NCBI GenBank assembly: GCA_013265495.1
Contig: MU058650.1
Span: 461,394 to 525,393 of the forward strand
Source: Vicugna vicugna
Taxonomy: Eukaryota
Reading direction: 5' to 3'
Length of the DNA: 64,000 nucleotides
Below are positions 25,063-39,368 of the stretch, one piece after another. The position numbers and the translations under genes were made by a program. The notes below the pieces were generated by a model, which was not told the DNA's origin, searched no databases, and worked only from the letters and a program-made list of their open reading frames with translations. The stretch's first letter is position 1, and each line of letters starts with the position of its first letter.

Positions 25063-26924
25063 GGTATTCTCATGTGTTTTAATCGGATTTCCCAATTATG
25101 TTTTCCACCTTTTCCCTTACATTCTTGAAGACATGCTAAAACATGTGTTCCGGAAGGAATATATAATACAGTAACAGAATAAGTCTTCAAAAATATTTCT
25201 AAAACTAGAGAAATATACTAAAACTAAGAAGAGATTTAACAGTGATAATAATTTACAAAGACAAAATTCAAAGGCAGAAGAACTTATTTAAAGCAGTTTA
25301 CTTCGAAATTGTCTGGAGTATGGTAACTGACAACCACTTCAACATGAATCCAAAGCATAATGTGTTTCCTGGGGGAAAAAAGCACCAGTTTACATTAATG
25401 GAACCCTGGTTTCTGCATCAATCACTTCCAATCCTTCTTGGCCAGACCATATCTAGATTATGGCATTCAGTTCAGGATGTAGTGACAAATGAGAGCCTGT
25501 CTATTAGAGGGCAAACAGGATGATACAATCTCTGAAAAACATATGTGAGCAGGAGCTTAACAAACTAATAATTCTTAGTCTCAGAAAGAAATACTTTACA
25601 GTTACAAACAATTACTTTCATGATCTTTTGCCAGATAACCTGAGAAAAGGTCAGGCTGTCCATACTTATTGAGGATTAGAGGAGAAATTCAAGACAGACA
25701 GATCAACCCAGAATTAGGCTGGACCTGAATTAATTAGCTTGCAGAAATGTGAAATAATTGTTTTACTTCTATCTGTGGAAGTAAGTAAGTGATTAAATCA
25801 CATTGCACAATTTCCAACTTTTTAATACATCAATGTGGATGAATGTAAATTAACCATCATTAAAACTGTAAACAAGATTGCTATTTCAGGGCAATTTTAA
25901 TCTATTAAAATAAACTACACCAAATTAGATAGTTTAAACATTTCCAGTTGTTTGCCATTTGGATCATATAATTACTTTGACTCTTATATAGACATTAAAG
26001 CAAGTTCTATGAGTTGCTTTTTATTAACACTTTATTAACAGCTCAAGTGAGTAGCAGAACATTAACGTACGGGTCCCCTTCACAATGCTGAATCAAGTTG
26101 ACTATAATAAAATTGTATTTCTTTTTAAAAAAAAAAAAACCTGTATTTTATGAGTTCCCCTTACTCAGACAGTCCTTATTGTTTTTACTTTCAAATATTG
26201 GAATTTCAGTACTTCATTAATGAAACATTGAAAGCAGTGACATTCTAGTAATGAAAGACAATGGAGCCTCTGCTTTCTCTGACATTTTAATTATATTCAG
26301 AATTTGAATTTTAACTTTTCTTCTCATATTTCTTCTCAAGTCAATACACATAGTATGTCCTAAAACCAGTGAAAGGTATCCGGTTATAAGGTCAACTGTT
26401 ACACACGCTGACTTATTCAACAGCCCATGTGCAAAATAATGTAAGTATGTGACACCATGGGAAAATCCAGGAACAGGGCATGGAAATCACCAATTTTTAA
26501 ATCTTGTTTCTGGATTTCTCATCATTATTTCCAAGTTCATTGAACTCAACTTCCTGAATCCTGAAACACTCCAAGACTAAAAATTGCAGCATAATTTCTG
26601 CTCTTACTGGGCCTAACCAGAAAAATCCCTCAGAAATTTCCACACTTCCAGCCAATGGGAACATTCTAAGATGTCCTTTCCTCATGTATCCAGGGACCCA
26701 TGCCAGAAATGAAATCCTCAAGACAAAATGTGATCCAGAAAAGGCTTCACAGATGATTAAAAGACTAAAAATTTCTGGTGAAAATTGTCGCTCGTCTATT
26801 AAGACTATGCTTTAAATAAATATTTTAGGATTCCTATTTAACTAACAGGATCATGGCATTCTCCTATTTCTAATTTCCTTCTCCAATTTTTCTATAAAGA
26901 ACCAATTATAGGGCCTCACAACAC

Positions 26925-27070
26925 AATATTCGTATCCTTATTTTCGGGTCTGTAACATGAGAATAACAATTTGACCTTATAAGGCTGTTGTCACGATTAA
27001 ATGAGACTGTGCATATAAAGTGCATGGTCTAAGGCCTTGCTCATAGTAAGTACTTCATAGACAATAACTA
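26925..27070 (+). mobile_element. MIR fragment
   Basis: tctgtaacatgagaataacaa...gctgttgtcacgattaaatgagactgtgcatataaagtgc...catagtaagtacttca. Confidence 0.7.
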
Positions 27071-27189
27071 AACAAACAAGCAGAAGCAAACCTTTTCTAT
27101 TTTTGCAGTTAATACAACATATTGGATGTTTATCACAATGGATTGGGTTTCCCTTCACCAGAATGGGAACTCATTAAAAATAGATGGTT

Positions 27190-27814
27190 TCCTGGGCATA
27201 TATCCAGAGGGAACACTAATTCAGAAAGATACATACACCCCAATGTTCACTGCAGCACTTTTTACAATAGCCAAGACATGGAAACAACTTAAATGTACAT
27301 AAACAGATGGCTGGATAAATAAATTGTGATGTATACACATACAATGGAATACTACTCAGCCATAAAAAAGAATAAAATAATGCCACTTGCAGCAACATGG
27401 ATGGACCTAGAGATCATCACTCTAAGTGAAGTAAGCCAGAAAGAGAAAGAAAAATACCATATGGTATCACTTACATGTGGGATCTAAAAAAAAAAATGAC
27501 ACAAATGAATTCATTTACAAAACAGAAACAGACTTATAGATATAGAAAACAAACTTACGGTTACCAGAGGGAAAGGGAGTGGGAAGGGATAAATTGGGAG
27601 TTTGAGATTTGCAGATACTAACTACTATACATAAAATAGATAAATAACAAGTTTATACTGTATAACACAGGAAACTGTATTCAATATCTTATAATAATCT
27701 ATAATGAAAAGGAATATGAAAAGAAATATATGTATGTAAATGTATGACTGAAACATTATGCTATGCACCAGAAACTGACACATTGTAAACTGACTATACT
27801 TCAATTCAAAAAAA
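27190..27814 (+). mobile_element. L1 3' end inserted in an L2 tail (L2 ~27150-27190 and ~27815-27895)
   Basis: cctgggcatatatccagag...tactactcagccataaaaaagaat...ctgactatacttcaattcaaaaaaa. Confidence 0.9.
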
Positions 27815-28361
27815 TATGGCTTATTCATCGCTTTGTCCTTGACATCTACCGTAAAATGGTGACTAGTACAAAATAGATTCTCAAGAATTAATGAAGCTAT
27901 TAAGATTAAGAAAAAAGCTTATTTCTTTTTCCCAGTAGAAACTTGTCATCAGGGGCACATTGACTCAACCCTGAAAAAAAGTATCTACTCTATAATAAAG
28001 TTGGAAAATTGCTGGACTCTTGATACTCCTACAATTAGCTTTTTGCATAGGTTGCTTTCCTCAATAAAATAATTCTGAGACAGGTATCAGCAGACACGGT
28101 GCTAGCACCACAGTGTATGGTAAATCATTTCTATGATTTGCTTCTGTTTCCTCAGTTATAAAATGGCAATAACAAATACCTGCCATCTTACTTTAAAAAG
28201 TTAAGATGAAAGAAGAATTTGAATTTATATGCACACTTGTAATGAAGGCTAAAATCTTAGTGAGTCTGTTCATTTAAATATCAACTGAATACCTGTTTTA
28301 TTCTAGCAACTATACTGGGTGCTAAAGAAGTATAGGTGGATAAGATATTGTGTGTGTGTTC

Positions 28362-29835
28362 TTTTTTTATGATTATTCTTTTTTATTGAGATATAATTGA
28401 TTTACAATATTATAGTAGTTTCAGGTGTACAACATAGTTATTCAAAATTTTCATATACTCCATTTATAGCTATTATAAAATATTGGCTATATTCCCTGTG
28501 CTGTACAATATATCCTTGTACCACATTTATTTTACACATAATAGTTTGCTCCCCTTAATCCCCTACCCTATCTTGACCCTCCCTCCCCCCTCCCCCGGTA
28601 ACCACTAGTTTCTTCCCTATATCTGTGAATCTGTTTCTTTTTAGTTATATTCTCTTGTTTGTTGTATTTTTTAGATTTCACATATAAGTGATAACATATA
28701 GTATTTGTCTTTCTGAGTCTGACTTATTTCACTAAGCATACTACTCTCCAGGTCCATCACTGTTGCTACAAATGGCAAACTTTCATTCTTCCTTATGGCT
28801 GAGTAGTATATATATTGTACTACTATTATTATGTTGTATTATACATTGTACATACATACCACATGCCTTTTGTGCATTTGTCTGTTAATGTACACTTAGG
28901 TTGTTTCTATATCTTGGCTGTGATAAATAATGTTGCTAATGATGAAACGTTCTAATTTCATTCTTTTCTATGTAGCTGTCCAATTTTCCCAGCACCATTA
29001 ATTGAAGAGATTGCTCTTTCTCCATTGTATATTCTTGTCTCATTTGTTGTAGACTAATTGACCATACTGCATAGTTTTATTTCTGAGCTCTGTATTCTGT
29101 TCCATTGATCTATGTGCCTGCTTTTGTGCCAGTACCATACTGTTTTGATTACTGTAGCTTTGTAGTAATAGTCTGAAGACAGGGAATGTGATACCTCCAG
29201 TTCTGTTCTTTTTTCTCAAGACTGTTTTGGTGATTTGGGTTTTTTTGTGTTTCCATACAAATTTAAACTTTTTTTGTTTTAATTCTGTGAAAAATGCCAT
29301 TGATATAATTTATAGGGATTACATTGAGTCTGTAGATTGCCTTGGTTAGTATGGTCATTTTAACAATATTAATTCTTCCAATCCATGAACAAAGTATATC
29401 TTTTCATCTGTCTGTGTTGTCCTCAATTTCTTTCATCAGAGTCATATATAGTTTTCTGAGTACAAGTGTTTTATCTCCTTAGGAAGGTTTATTTCTAGAT
29501 ATTTTATTCTTTTGATATGATTATAAATGGGATTGATTCCCTTAATTTCTCTTTCTGATAGTTCATTGTTAGTGTATGGAAATGTAACAGATTTCTTTAT
29601 ATAAATTTTGTCCCCTGCAACTTTACCAAATTCATTCATGAGCTTTAGTAGTGTCTGGTGGTCTCTTTAGGGTTTTCTATGTATAGTATCATGTCATCTG
29701 CAAACAGTGATAGTTTTACTTCTTCCTCTCCAATTTGGATACTTTTTACTTCTTTTTCCTGTCTGATTGCTTTGGCTAGGATGTTCAATACTATGTTGAC
29801 TAAAAGTTTTTAGAGTGTGCATCCTTGTCTTGTTT
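28362..29835 (-). mobile_element. 5'-truncated L1 with internal deletion near 28940, nested in an antisense L2 remnant
   Basis: ORF2 peptides MAFFTELKQ...[11 protein letters not shown] and NEFGKVAGDKIYIKKSV; 3' UTR ~28380-28940. L2 flanks ~28265-28350 and ~29840-29880. Confidence 0.9.
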
Positions 29836-30497
29836 AGTTTGTATTCCTAGGGAACTCATAGTTTAATGACATAGAAAGAAAAAAAAACAAGCACATTATG
29901 GTAGCAACTGATGAGGGATTCCTCAAGTACTGAAAATGTACCATATTCATATGGGTACCCCCAATATGCTTATTGCTTAACAAATGCTTAACAGTAATGC
30001 TTAACAAATGGTCTTAAACTGAACCATGACTGAATATAATTAAGCAGTAATGGGAAAAGAAGACAAACAAAGATGACTAGGGACTTGAGGTCAAAATTTG
30101 GAATACCCATTGTAAAATTATGATAGAATATGAAAGATAATTATAGTAAGATTAAAATTTTTATGTTACAGGCAATGACTGAAGTTGTACTAATAATCAC
30201 AAATAGAGACCCATTATCAGAAAATTTCTTCATTATGATTTTATTTCTAATCCTTCTTTTGTCTTTTGATTTTATACCAGGCAAGCCATAACAACAAGTA
30301 AATTAGAGAAATATTGTTTAAATAATCAAATGATTTTATGTTAATAGTGAATGTTTAAATATGACCATTACTTACTGAAAGAATTAATTTTATCTAATAA
30401 TATTTTACAATTAAAACACTACTTTACAACATGCTTTCACGTGTTCTCACACTTTGGCCTTAACAACAAAACAGAATGAATTACAAAATCATTTAAT

Positions 30498-30600
30498 GAC
30501 TCACTCAGCAAACATTTCCTGAGTGCCTGCTATATGCCAGACAATGGTTAAATGTTGGGGATAGAATAAAGAACAGAACTTAACATGTATGACTCAAAAA
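30498..30600 (-). mobile_element. L2 3' tail
   Basis: actcactcagcaaacatttcctgagtgcctgctatatgccagacaatgg. Confidence 0.7.
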
Positions 30601-32639
30601 TGAAGGGAAAGGACAAGACATAGATGCTGGGTTATGAATGTGACTGTCTCAGATAAACTCCCAGGACTTCTTTTGAAAGCCCAGAGCTACCCCTCCCTAA
30701 AAATGTCATTGTCAACAGGACATTACAGACAGGCTAAATACAGAATTGCAGAAACTAAAATTATGACAAAAAGATGCATTGGAAGCAATATCTTTTTAAA
30801 TTTTGATTTTAGCAAATATTGAAATATCAAAATCCTACTGATTAAAAATAAGAGAATGATAGATGTAAGTCTTTAGAATATTATATAAAACAATCAGTAT
30901 AGCATTAGAGTTTCCTATATGATTCTATAACAGATGAAAAAGAAAATGTATTTCAATTTTCTGGAAAAAGCACACATAGCTTTCCTCACACCATAAAAAA
31001 AAACAGTTGTCAATAGCATATTTTGTTATCATTTACACCTATGCTCATAGGACAATCAAAAGATTTACCTAAATACGATATTTTAAAAGAAATTTACTTT
31101 CTCTCAAAGAAAATGCATTATAAGCTCAGACTGACATTGAATCAATGTCAAATTTCTTTATGCCTTCTGTACAAATTATGACCTTTATAGGATTTATATC
31201 TTGTTTCCCAAATTGATCTTAGACAAATAGGAAGTCACTAATTTTAAGAAATTCATATTAGTTTTAACTTCAATTAACTTTATTAATCTTTCACAGTAAC
31301 TGACATACAAAACATGTTTTACATCTCTTCCATCACTGGTAGAATTTTAGAGCACATTTTCTTCTCTCCTACTGCTGGTCAATTCTGTATGTCAAGAGGC
31401 ATAAAATGTGTTTTAAATCATTCTTAATTGTCCTAATTTCTGAAAGGCTAAATGGTGTCAGGTATTCTGAGCTTCATTTTAAGTTAAATAATAATGGATT
31501 TTTAAACATTTTGAATACTCCCACTAAAATGTGGGAAAAAAATGGAATAAATAAGATAATAATTTTCAACTCTAACTTTTGACAAGATGAAGAAAATGAC
31601 TTCTGACGTTTTAAGGTAAAAATAAAAAACACCTTCTACACTATAATATATCGTATAAAAAAACTCAGTGGGTGATCTGATAAGCAACCTTCAGAATCCA
31701 TGCTATCAACACTAGAAGGCTTCTTCTCAATCATAAAGTGTGGTTTTGAAAAATATACTTAAATTATATAAATACTAAAACTAGTGTGTTAGTCACTCTA
31801 GCTGTTTCAAACCAAGAAAACCAACCCAAATGCTAAATACAATGATAAAGGAGACAGATAAAATCGGGGAACGCACTATCCCAAAATAAATTTAAAAGTT
31901 TGAGATATACCATAAGCTTTGGTGATAGCAATTACTGATTGGAGTCAGGAATGATGGGAATATAATCAAAGTTAACCCAATAAATCCTCACACCTATGAT
32001 AGTATGGCGAGTGAGAGTAAATGTAATTTATATATAATGAGTCAAGAGTTACTAAGGGTTAAAAACAGGAAAATAATAAAGTATTTAAGTAATTTTTTGT
32101 ACACATAACGAAAGCATTACAACATGATAAAAATTTCCCCCAGGAAACATAAGATCAGCCCCTTGTTCAGATTACAAAGAACATTTCATACCAGACCCAC
32201 TTAATCATTTCTCCCCCTTGAATTATGAAATTAGTGGTTAAGTGAATCAAAGCAGATGTACATATACTATATTTAGACTTTAAGAAGACTCCCAAACACA
32301 TTTTTAAAATTAAATTATTTTAAATTGTGATATGATAGTGGCAAGAAGCAGCCTTATAAATTAAATATTGGCTGCACTCAGATGGCCACACTATCGAACA
32401 TCATTTTCTTCAAAGAAATGTCTAGGGAAAGCTAAAGAGACCAAACTATATGTGAAGTTTCCAAGACAATGTTCTCTGAGAAAATCAAACACATCTTTAT
32501 AGTGTCTAAGGACCTCTATCAGGGACAGACAACTGGAATTCTTTTTCTTTATACAGAGGCAAAATTACTCCTTCTCTTCTGTAATTCTGCAGTGTGTATT
32601 CAAGTTTACAAAGTCCTGTCGGTGGGAATAAAGATCCAG

Positions 32640-32770
32640 TAATGTAAGAAGTTCTACAGATCTGCTGCACAGCATTGTCCTCTGGTTAACAACAGTGTAT
32701 CGTACAGTTAAAAACCTGTTAGTAGATTTTATGCTGTGTTCTTACCACAATGAAACCAATTTTTTAAAAG
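32640..32770 (+). mobile_element. L1MB-like extreme 3' fragment
   Basis: aagttctacagatctgctgcacagcattgt...ggttaacaacagtgtatcgtac...tgttcttaccacaat. Confidence 0.65.
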
Positions 32771-34489
32771 TACCTACTTACAGAAAAAACTGAAACTTAC
32801 AAACTGCAATGTAAAATCTATGAAATATATAGCCCTGTAAAATCAAAAGGATTACAGAGAAACATAACATAAAACTTATAAATGATTTATTAGATGTTAC
32901 TTCTTTCTGTAAATTGGTGTGGGATAAGTAAGGACTCTAAGTTCATAAAATGTTCTAAAATTTCCTTTAGTTTATACAGAACGTAAATATTATTCTTAAA
33001 CTAGCGTGTATATTTCACAGAATAATAAATTCATAATATGGTAAAAGTCTCTAAAACCACAGAACAGAGTTTAATAGTAATTAAACCATTGAAAATAGTT
33101 GTCATAATTAGTTTAAAAAATATTTTAGAATTAGAATTATAACCTACCTACGAAACACATCAGAGTAGCACAGAATCCTTTTAACATAAAATGTTTATAA
33201 GAATTTCTAACACTTGTTTACTAAAATTCTAACATTAAGTTCTACTTATTCTTGCATTTCCAATAACATCTAAATTAGAAAATATGGAAATGCAAGGTAC
33301 TATAGATCACAGTATAAATTCCCCAAATACGTGCATGGAGATAGAGATCCCCTCACACCCTTCCTACAGCAGAAGGATTTCTGAAGCTAGTATTGAATGG
33401 TCAACAGTCATTCATTCACTCATAATTTTGAGACATATAGACTTGAAATCTCAGTCCTTTTAAGGAGCCGTACACACTATCATAAGCATTCTTTGTGCTG
33501 ACATCACAGATTAGTCTGTCCTGACAAAGAACACAGTTGCTGAACTTTCCTCCAAAGGGGAAGAGTCCAGGGGTCAACTTTCTTCCTCTGCTTATTTCCT
33601 ACAATAAGATCAGGTTTTTACTCTTGAGTCTCCACGAAAAATGCACACACTGTCTTAAGTTAAGGGAAAAGTGGAAACAAACTAAGACCATCATGTGATT
33701 CAAACATAAATACTTTTATTCTTTTTAGGGGGAAAAACAGTGAAAATTTCATTCATTCTCTCACAAAAAAAGGAAGTGATCTTAAATATGGCCAAGGGTT
33801 CTGGATCATATTTCTCAAGTAAGACAGATACAGATCTAACAATAATAAATGAGTCTTTAACCACCAATATACTAGAAGTGTGAAAACTGCCTTTGTATTT
33901 TCTAGTAAGTCTAAATAAAACGTACCCAAGATTCATATCCTCAAACAATAAATGAGTCCAATTTCATAGATGCTGAAAAGTATAAAAATAAATAGCTTTT
34001 TAATAAAGCACTCCTGTAAGTTGAAAATATTCTAAAAATAGCTTTTACAATGTTTAACTATTCACAGTAGGTCAAAGAAATCAAGTTTTCACTGAATTTT
34101 GAGAAATGGAAATTGACTGCTAAACTTGGAACCCAAATATAGGTGGCATTTCAAAGATACTTTATTGAGCTGGATTTTGAAGGGCACCATATTCTAAGTT
34201 TTGAAAGAGCAGAGATTGCTAAATAGAGCTACAGCTTTTACAAATCTGTCTATTCCATAAATTCATTAGCTTTTTTTTTCAGTTTAAACCATATCTATTA
34301 TGAAAATGAAATGATATGGAAGGTTTTTTTTCATAATAGCATAGGAAGTCTACAATATGGGTATGACTCTTATTCCCTGAAAATAGCATTACAAAAATAA
34401 GGTGACCATGTTGTTTACCTTTGAAGACGTCTGGCTTCCTCTACGAATCTTCAATAAAATGTCTCTAAGAGGGTGTCATCCAGTATCTT

Positions 34490-34770
34490 TTTGAACTCCT
34501 AAGTATTGTGTAACTCACTACCCCACAAGGCAACTCAGTCCATTTTTAGTAGCTCTAATGTTGGAAAGTTCCTCCTAATTCTAAACCAAATCTATTTCCT
34601 TATAAATCTGCTCTTTGATCCTGGTTTTGCTTTCTGAAATAAAATAGAATAAATAGTATTCCTCTTCTATTTCATAACAATTCAAATATTTGAAAGGAGT
34701 TTCCACTTCTTTCTTATAAATATTTGCATTCCAGGGCTTAATATCCTTTAAAATTCCAGGTACCATCTTA
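34490..34770 (-). mobile_element. CR1/L3 fragment
   Basis: aactcactaccccacaaggcaa...agctctaatgttggaaagttcctcctaattctaaaccaaatct...ttcaaatatttgaa. Confidence 0.6.
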
Positions 34771-36890
34771 AGTACTTTCATGAAAATATGTATATTTTTA
34801 AAATATTAAACCCTATTAAGAATTAGTGATACTAAAATTTAACCAAATGTTAAGTATGGAGTAGAGCTTAACCAAAACTAGGAATTAAAATAAGGTAACC
34901 AACCAAAGAAATGTTAAATAAGTTTGGTAGTAAAAATGAAACAAGCACTAAACGTACTAGTGGAAGTCAGAACAGTGTGACAGCTGTGCAAGAAGAAGAT
35001 GAGAGGGTCACTGGCCATGAGGATGGCAAGAAAAATACGTTTTTAAAAGTTAAATTGCTCAAGGTCATTCATTCAGTAAATGACAAAGTCTGAACTTGAA
35101 CCAGAAGACTATATTCTTAATTATACACAATATTTCTTTTTAACACCACTTCTATGTTTGTTCAAGGAAGATGCCCAACCAAGATACATGCTAAGCTAAT
35201 TGTTTCAGTCAGAATCATAATAAACATTATCATAAAACCCACTTGAAAAAGGACGGACGTGATTTAAAAGTTGCTACAGCAATCAAGAATTAAGTTGTGA
35301 TCTGAGTTCTGGAACCCAATTATCAAGTCTCAGATTCCCTGATGAGAAAAACATAGTATGACAAAAGAAGAAAACAAAATCTAATCTATTATGTTGCTAT
35401 GCCTCTGATTTTTTTTTTTCTGTCATTAATATACTTCAGGAAGACAGAAGGCAGTTACTCTGGCCACCTGAGTTATCTTCACAACACACTGATAACAGAG
35501 TAACAGCCAGACTCTGGAATCCTCCTTTGATGAACACAGGGTGAAGGCTGCTGTGTGTTCTCTGAGGTGACGCATCCTGTGGTGTTGTCATAACAACACT
35601 GACATGTTAATAATTTTTTTCTAATGATCTTGGAATGCTTGACTGGCCCATAGAGGTTAGTTGCTGCTCAGAGAAAAAAGGAAGTCTAAATGTACCCACT
35701 GGCTTTCTGGTCCCAGTGCAGATGCTGGTTACCATTCAGGCACATAGAAAGAATATACCCAGAGATTCATCTGTCATTTCAACCTCAGCCATGCATAGGA
35801 AGCATAAAGTGAAATGAAAGTAAAAGAGATACTGAAAATGTAAATGGTGCTGACTGTTAAAGACTAGACTTACATTTCCACAAAAGTTTCTGGACAGAAG
35901 ACTCTCCATAAATATTTTTTACATGCAAGTAAATGGAAGATTATATAACACAACTACATGGGAAGTAACAAAAATTAGGGTAGTAGATGTGCCAAAATAT
36001 GTTAGACTGTTTTTGAGTATTCAGAGAAAATATGACACACTCAAAAAAATAGCTAACCAAACTACTACAATCTGAAAAAAAAAATAAAGACTAAATTGGA
36101 ACATATTTTTTGTAAGAAAAATAGATTTTTAATCTAATTATAACTACACCTAATGATATTTATAGAAAAAAATTAAAACTAGGTGTACCACAATGTTATC
36201 AGCAGATTTCAGGGTATTAATAAAAAATAGATTTTTTAATGTTCTGCATTTTCCAAATTTTGTACAAAGTATAAATTATTTCATGATAAAAATTGGGAAA
36301 ATAAAGGGCTAAGAATCTGCAGTAGCAAAAAAAGAAAAAACCAAAACCAAACAAACAAAAAACAGATGTAAGTCTATTAAAAAAAAAAGGGAAGAAATTA
36401 AATTGGATATCCCAGAAATGAATGTTAAGCAAAGTCACAAAGTGTGTTAATGGTGCAATAATATAACAAATTTAGGAATCCTATCTGTACCAGGTTATGA
36501 AAGAAATGCATGAGCCTTATATATTCCTTTTAAAAAAATCACATGCTACCTTCTCAATGAGGTCTTCTCTGCCCAATCAATCTGTTTAACCCGTAAGACC
36601 AATCACCCTCTATTTCTCTGCCATGTTCTGTGTCCTTCATAGAATTAGAGAGAAAAAATACATTTAACAACTAACTTCTCACTGGAAACAAGAGAGGCCA
36701 AAAGACGGTGAATTGCATATTCAAATAGCTGGCAAAAATACTATCAACCAAGAATTCTATAGCCAAAAAAATATGAAAAATGAAAGTGAAATAAAGACAC
36801 ACCCAGATAAAGAAAGAGTAATAGAATTTGTTGCTACCAGACATAGTGTCAAGGTATACTAAAAGAACTCATTGAAAAAGAATATATGAA

Positions 36891-38478
36891 CACAGAATAC
36901 CCAAAACAATCTTGAGGAAGAAAAATAGAGCCGGAGGAATCACGTACCCTGACGTCAGACTATACTACAGAGATACAGTAATCAGAACAGTATGGTACTG
37001 GCACAAAAACAGATGTAGATCAATGTAACAAGAAAGAAAGTCCAGAAATAAACCCATGCATTTATAATCAATTAATCTATGATAAAGAAGGCAAAAATAT
37101 ACAATGGAGAAAGTCTATTCAATAGGTGGTGCTGGAAAAACTGTACAGCTGCATGTAAAAGAACAAAATTAGAGCATTCTCTAACACCATATCCCAAAAT
37201 AAACTCAAAATGGATTAAAGACCTAAACGTAAGACTGGATACTATAAAACTCCTAGAGGAAAACATAGACAGAAGACTCTTTGACATAAATTTCAGTAAT
37301 ATTTTTTTCAAACCAGCCCCTGAAGTAATGGAAGTAAAAGCAAAAATAAACAAATGGGACCTAATTAAACTTAAAATCTTTTGCACAGCAAAGGAAACCA
37401 TAAACAAAACAAAAGGATAATCTTCAGAATGGGAGAAAATATTTCCAAATAACATGACCAACAAGAGACTAATTTCCAAAATATACAAACAGCTCATACA
37501 GTTTCTATCAAAAAAACCAAACAACCCAATACAAAATGGGTAGAAAATCTAAAGAGATATTTCTTCAAAGACATCCAGATGGCCAACAGACACATGAAAA
37601 GATGCTCAATATTGCTAAATATTAACAGAGATGCAAATCAAAACTACAATGAGGTATCGCTTCAAACCAGTCAGAATGGCCATCATTAAAAAATACAAAT
37701 AAAAATGCTAGAGAGGTTGTGGAGAAAAAGGACCCCTCCTACACTGTTGATGGGAATGTAAATTGGGGCAGCCACTAAGGAGAACAGTATAGAGGTTCCT
37801 TAAAAAACTAAAAATATGATCATATTTACCATATGATCTAGCAATCCCACTCCTGGGCATATATCTAGAGAAAACTATAATTCAAAAAGACACCTGCACC
37901 CCAATATTCGTAGCAGCACTATTCACAATAGCCAAGATATGGAAACAACCTAAATGTCCACTGACAGATGAATGGATAAAGAAGATGCAGTATGGGTATA
38001 CACACACACACACACACACACTCAGCCATAAAAAAGAATGAAATAATGCCATTTGCAGCAAGATGGATGGATCTAGAGATTATCATATTAGTGGAATAAG
38101 TCAGACAAAGAAAGATAAATATCATGTGATTATCACTTATATGTGGAATCTAAAAAAAAAAATACAAATTTTATTTACAAATGAAAAATGAACTCACAGA
38201 AAGAAAACACACTATGATTAGCAAAGGGGAATCTGGGCAGCAGAGGAATAAATTAGGAGTTTAGGATTAACAGATACACATTGCTATATACAAAATAGAT
38301 AAACAACAAGACCTACTGTATATAGCACAGGGAACTATATTCAATTTCTTATAATAACATATAATGAAAAAAGCTGAAAAAATATATATATTTATGTATA
38401 TGTAAAACTGAATCACTTTGTTGTACACCTGAAACTAACAGTGTGAACAACTACACTTCAATAAAAAATAAAATTTAA
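36891..38478 (+). mobile_element. Younger 5'-truncated L1 with TSD
   Basis: ORF2 peptide [41 protein letters not shown]...; AATAAA/poly-A at ~38460; TSD aaaaagaatatatgaa (36875-36890, 38479-38494). Confidence 0.93.
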
Positions 38479-39295
38479 AAAAAGAATATATGAATGCATG
38501 GGTATGAACGAAGAACACTGGTAAAGGTAAATATGTGGGTAAATATAAGAAAATATATGAATATACTTGAACATATTTTTCCTTTCTTTTCCTAATTTCT
38601 TTTATAAAACATATACAATACATTTATTTACAATTATTATATATAACTTTTACATTATATATAGCAATAATAGTAATTATTATGTATAATTGGGTTTATA
38701 ATATGAAAAATAATTATCACAAAGTGGGGGAGGAAAGTGATATGGAGGTATATAAGAACAAAACTGTTACACGGTACCAGTGCTAGGTCAGAACTAATCT
38801 GAAGGAGATTGTGATAAATTAAGTTATACATTGTAATCTCTAAAGTAACCACTAATAAAAATAACTCAAAAATATATTTGTAAAACCAATAAGGAAGTAA
38901 AATGGCATGCTAAAAACATTTAATACAAAATAATTATTAAAGAAGGAATATAGAAACAAAAATATTAAATATAAACAAATAGCAAAATGTTAGATGTAAA
39001 TCCAACCAAATCAATAATTATATTAAATGTGAATATACTACAATCCAGTCAAAAGGCAGAGATTATCAGATTGTATAAAAAAGTGAAAGGCAATTATAGC
39101 TGTCAGTAAGAGACACCTTCAGATTCTACGATAAACATAGGTTAAAAGCAAAAGGGTAGAAGACAACAAACCATGCAAACATTATTTATCAGATATTAAA
39201 AGAAGAAATGGTACCAATCCAAAGTCTTTCAGAAAAGAGTAAAAATAAACAATACTTCCCAACTCATTTTCTGAGACCAAAGACATCACAAGAAA

Positions 39296-39368
39296 AAGGA
39301 AGGGGAAAAGAAAGGAAAGAAGGAAGGAAGGAAAGAAGGAAGGAAGGAAAGAAGGAAGAAAAGAAAGG
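39296..39368 (+). repeat. (GGAA/GAAA)n polypurine microsatellite
   Basis: aaaggaaagaaggaaggaaggaaagaaggaaggaaggaaagaaggaagaaaagaaagg. Confidence 0.9.

Noticed and set aside
29974..30006. Three copies of TGCTTAACA
   Set aside because: Local slippage duplication with 2-4 bp gaps; not a CRISPR-like array or satellite.
31132..31150. Palindrome TGACATTGA-a-TCAATGTCA
   Set aside because: 9-bp arms are expected by chance in 64 kb of AT-rich DNA.
37072..37524. 150-aa hydrophobic ORF and similar ORFs at 3268, 21303, 22427
   Set aside because: Antisense frames of L1 ORF2; not genes.
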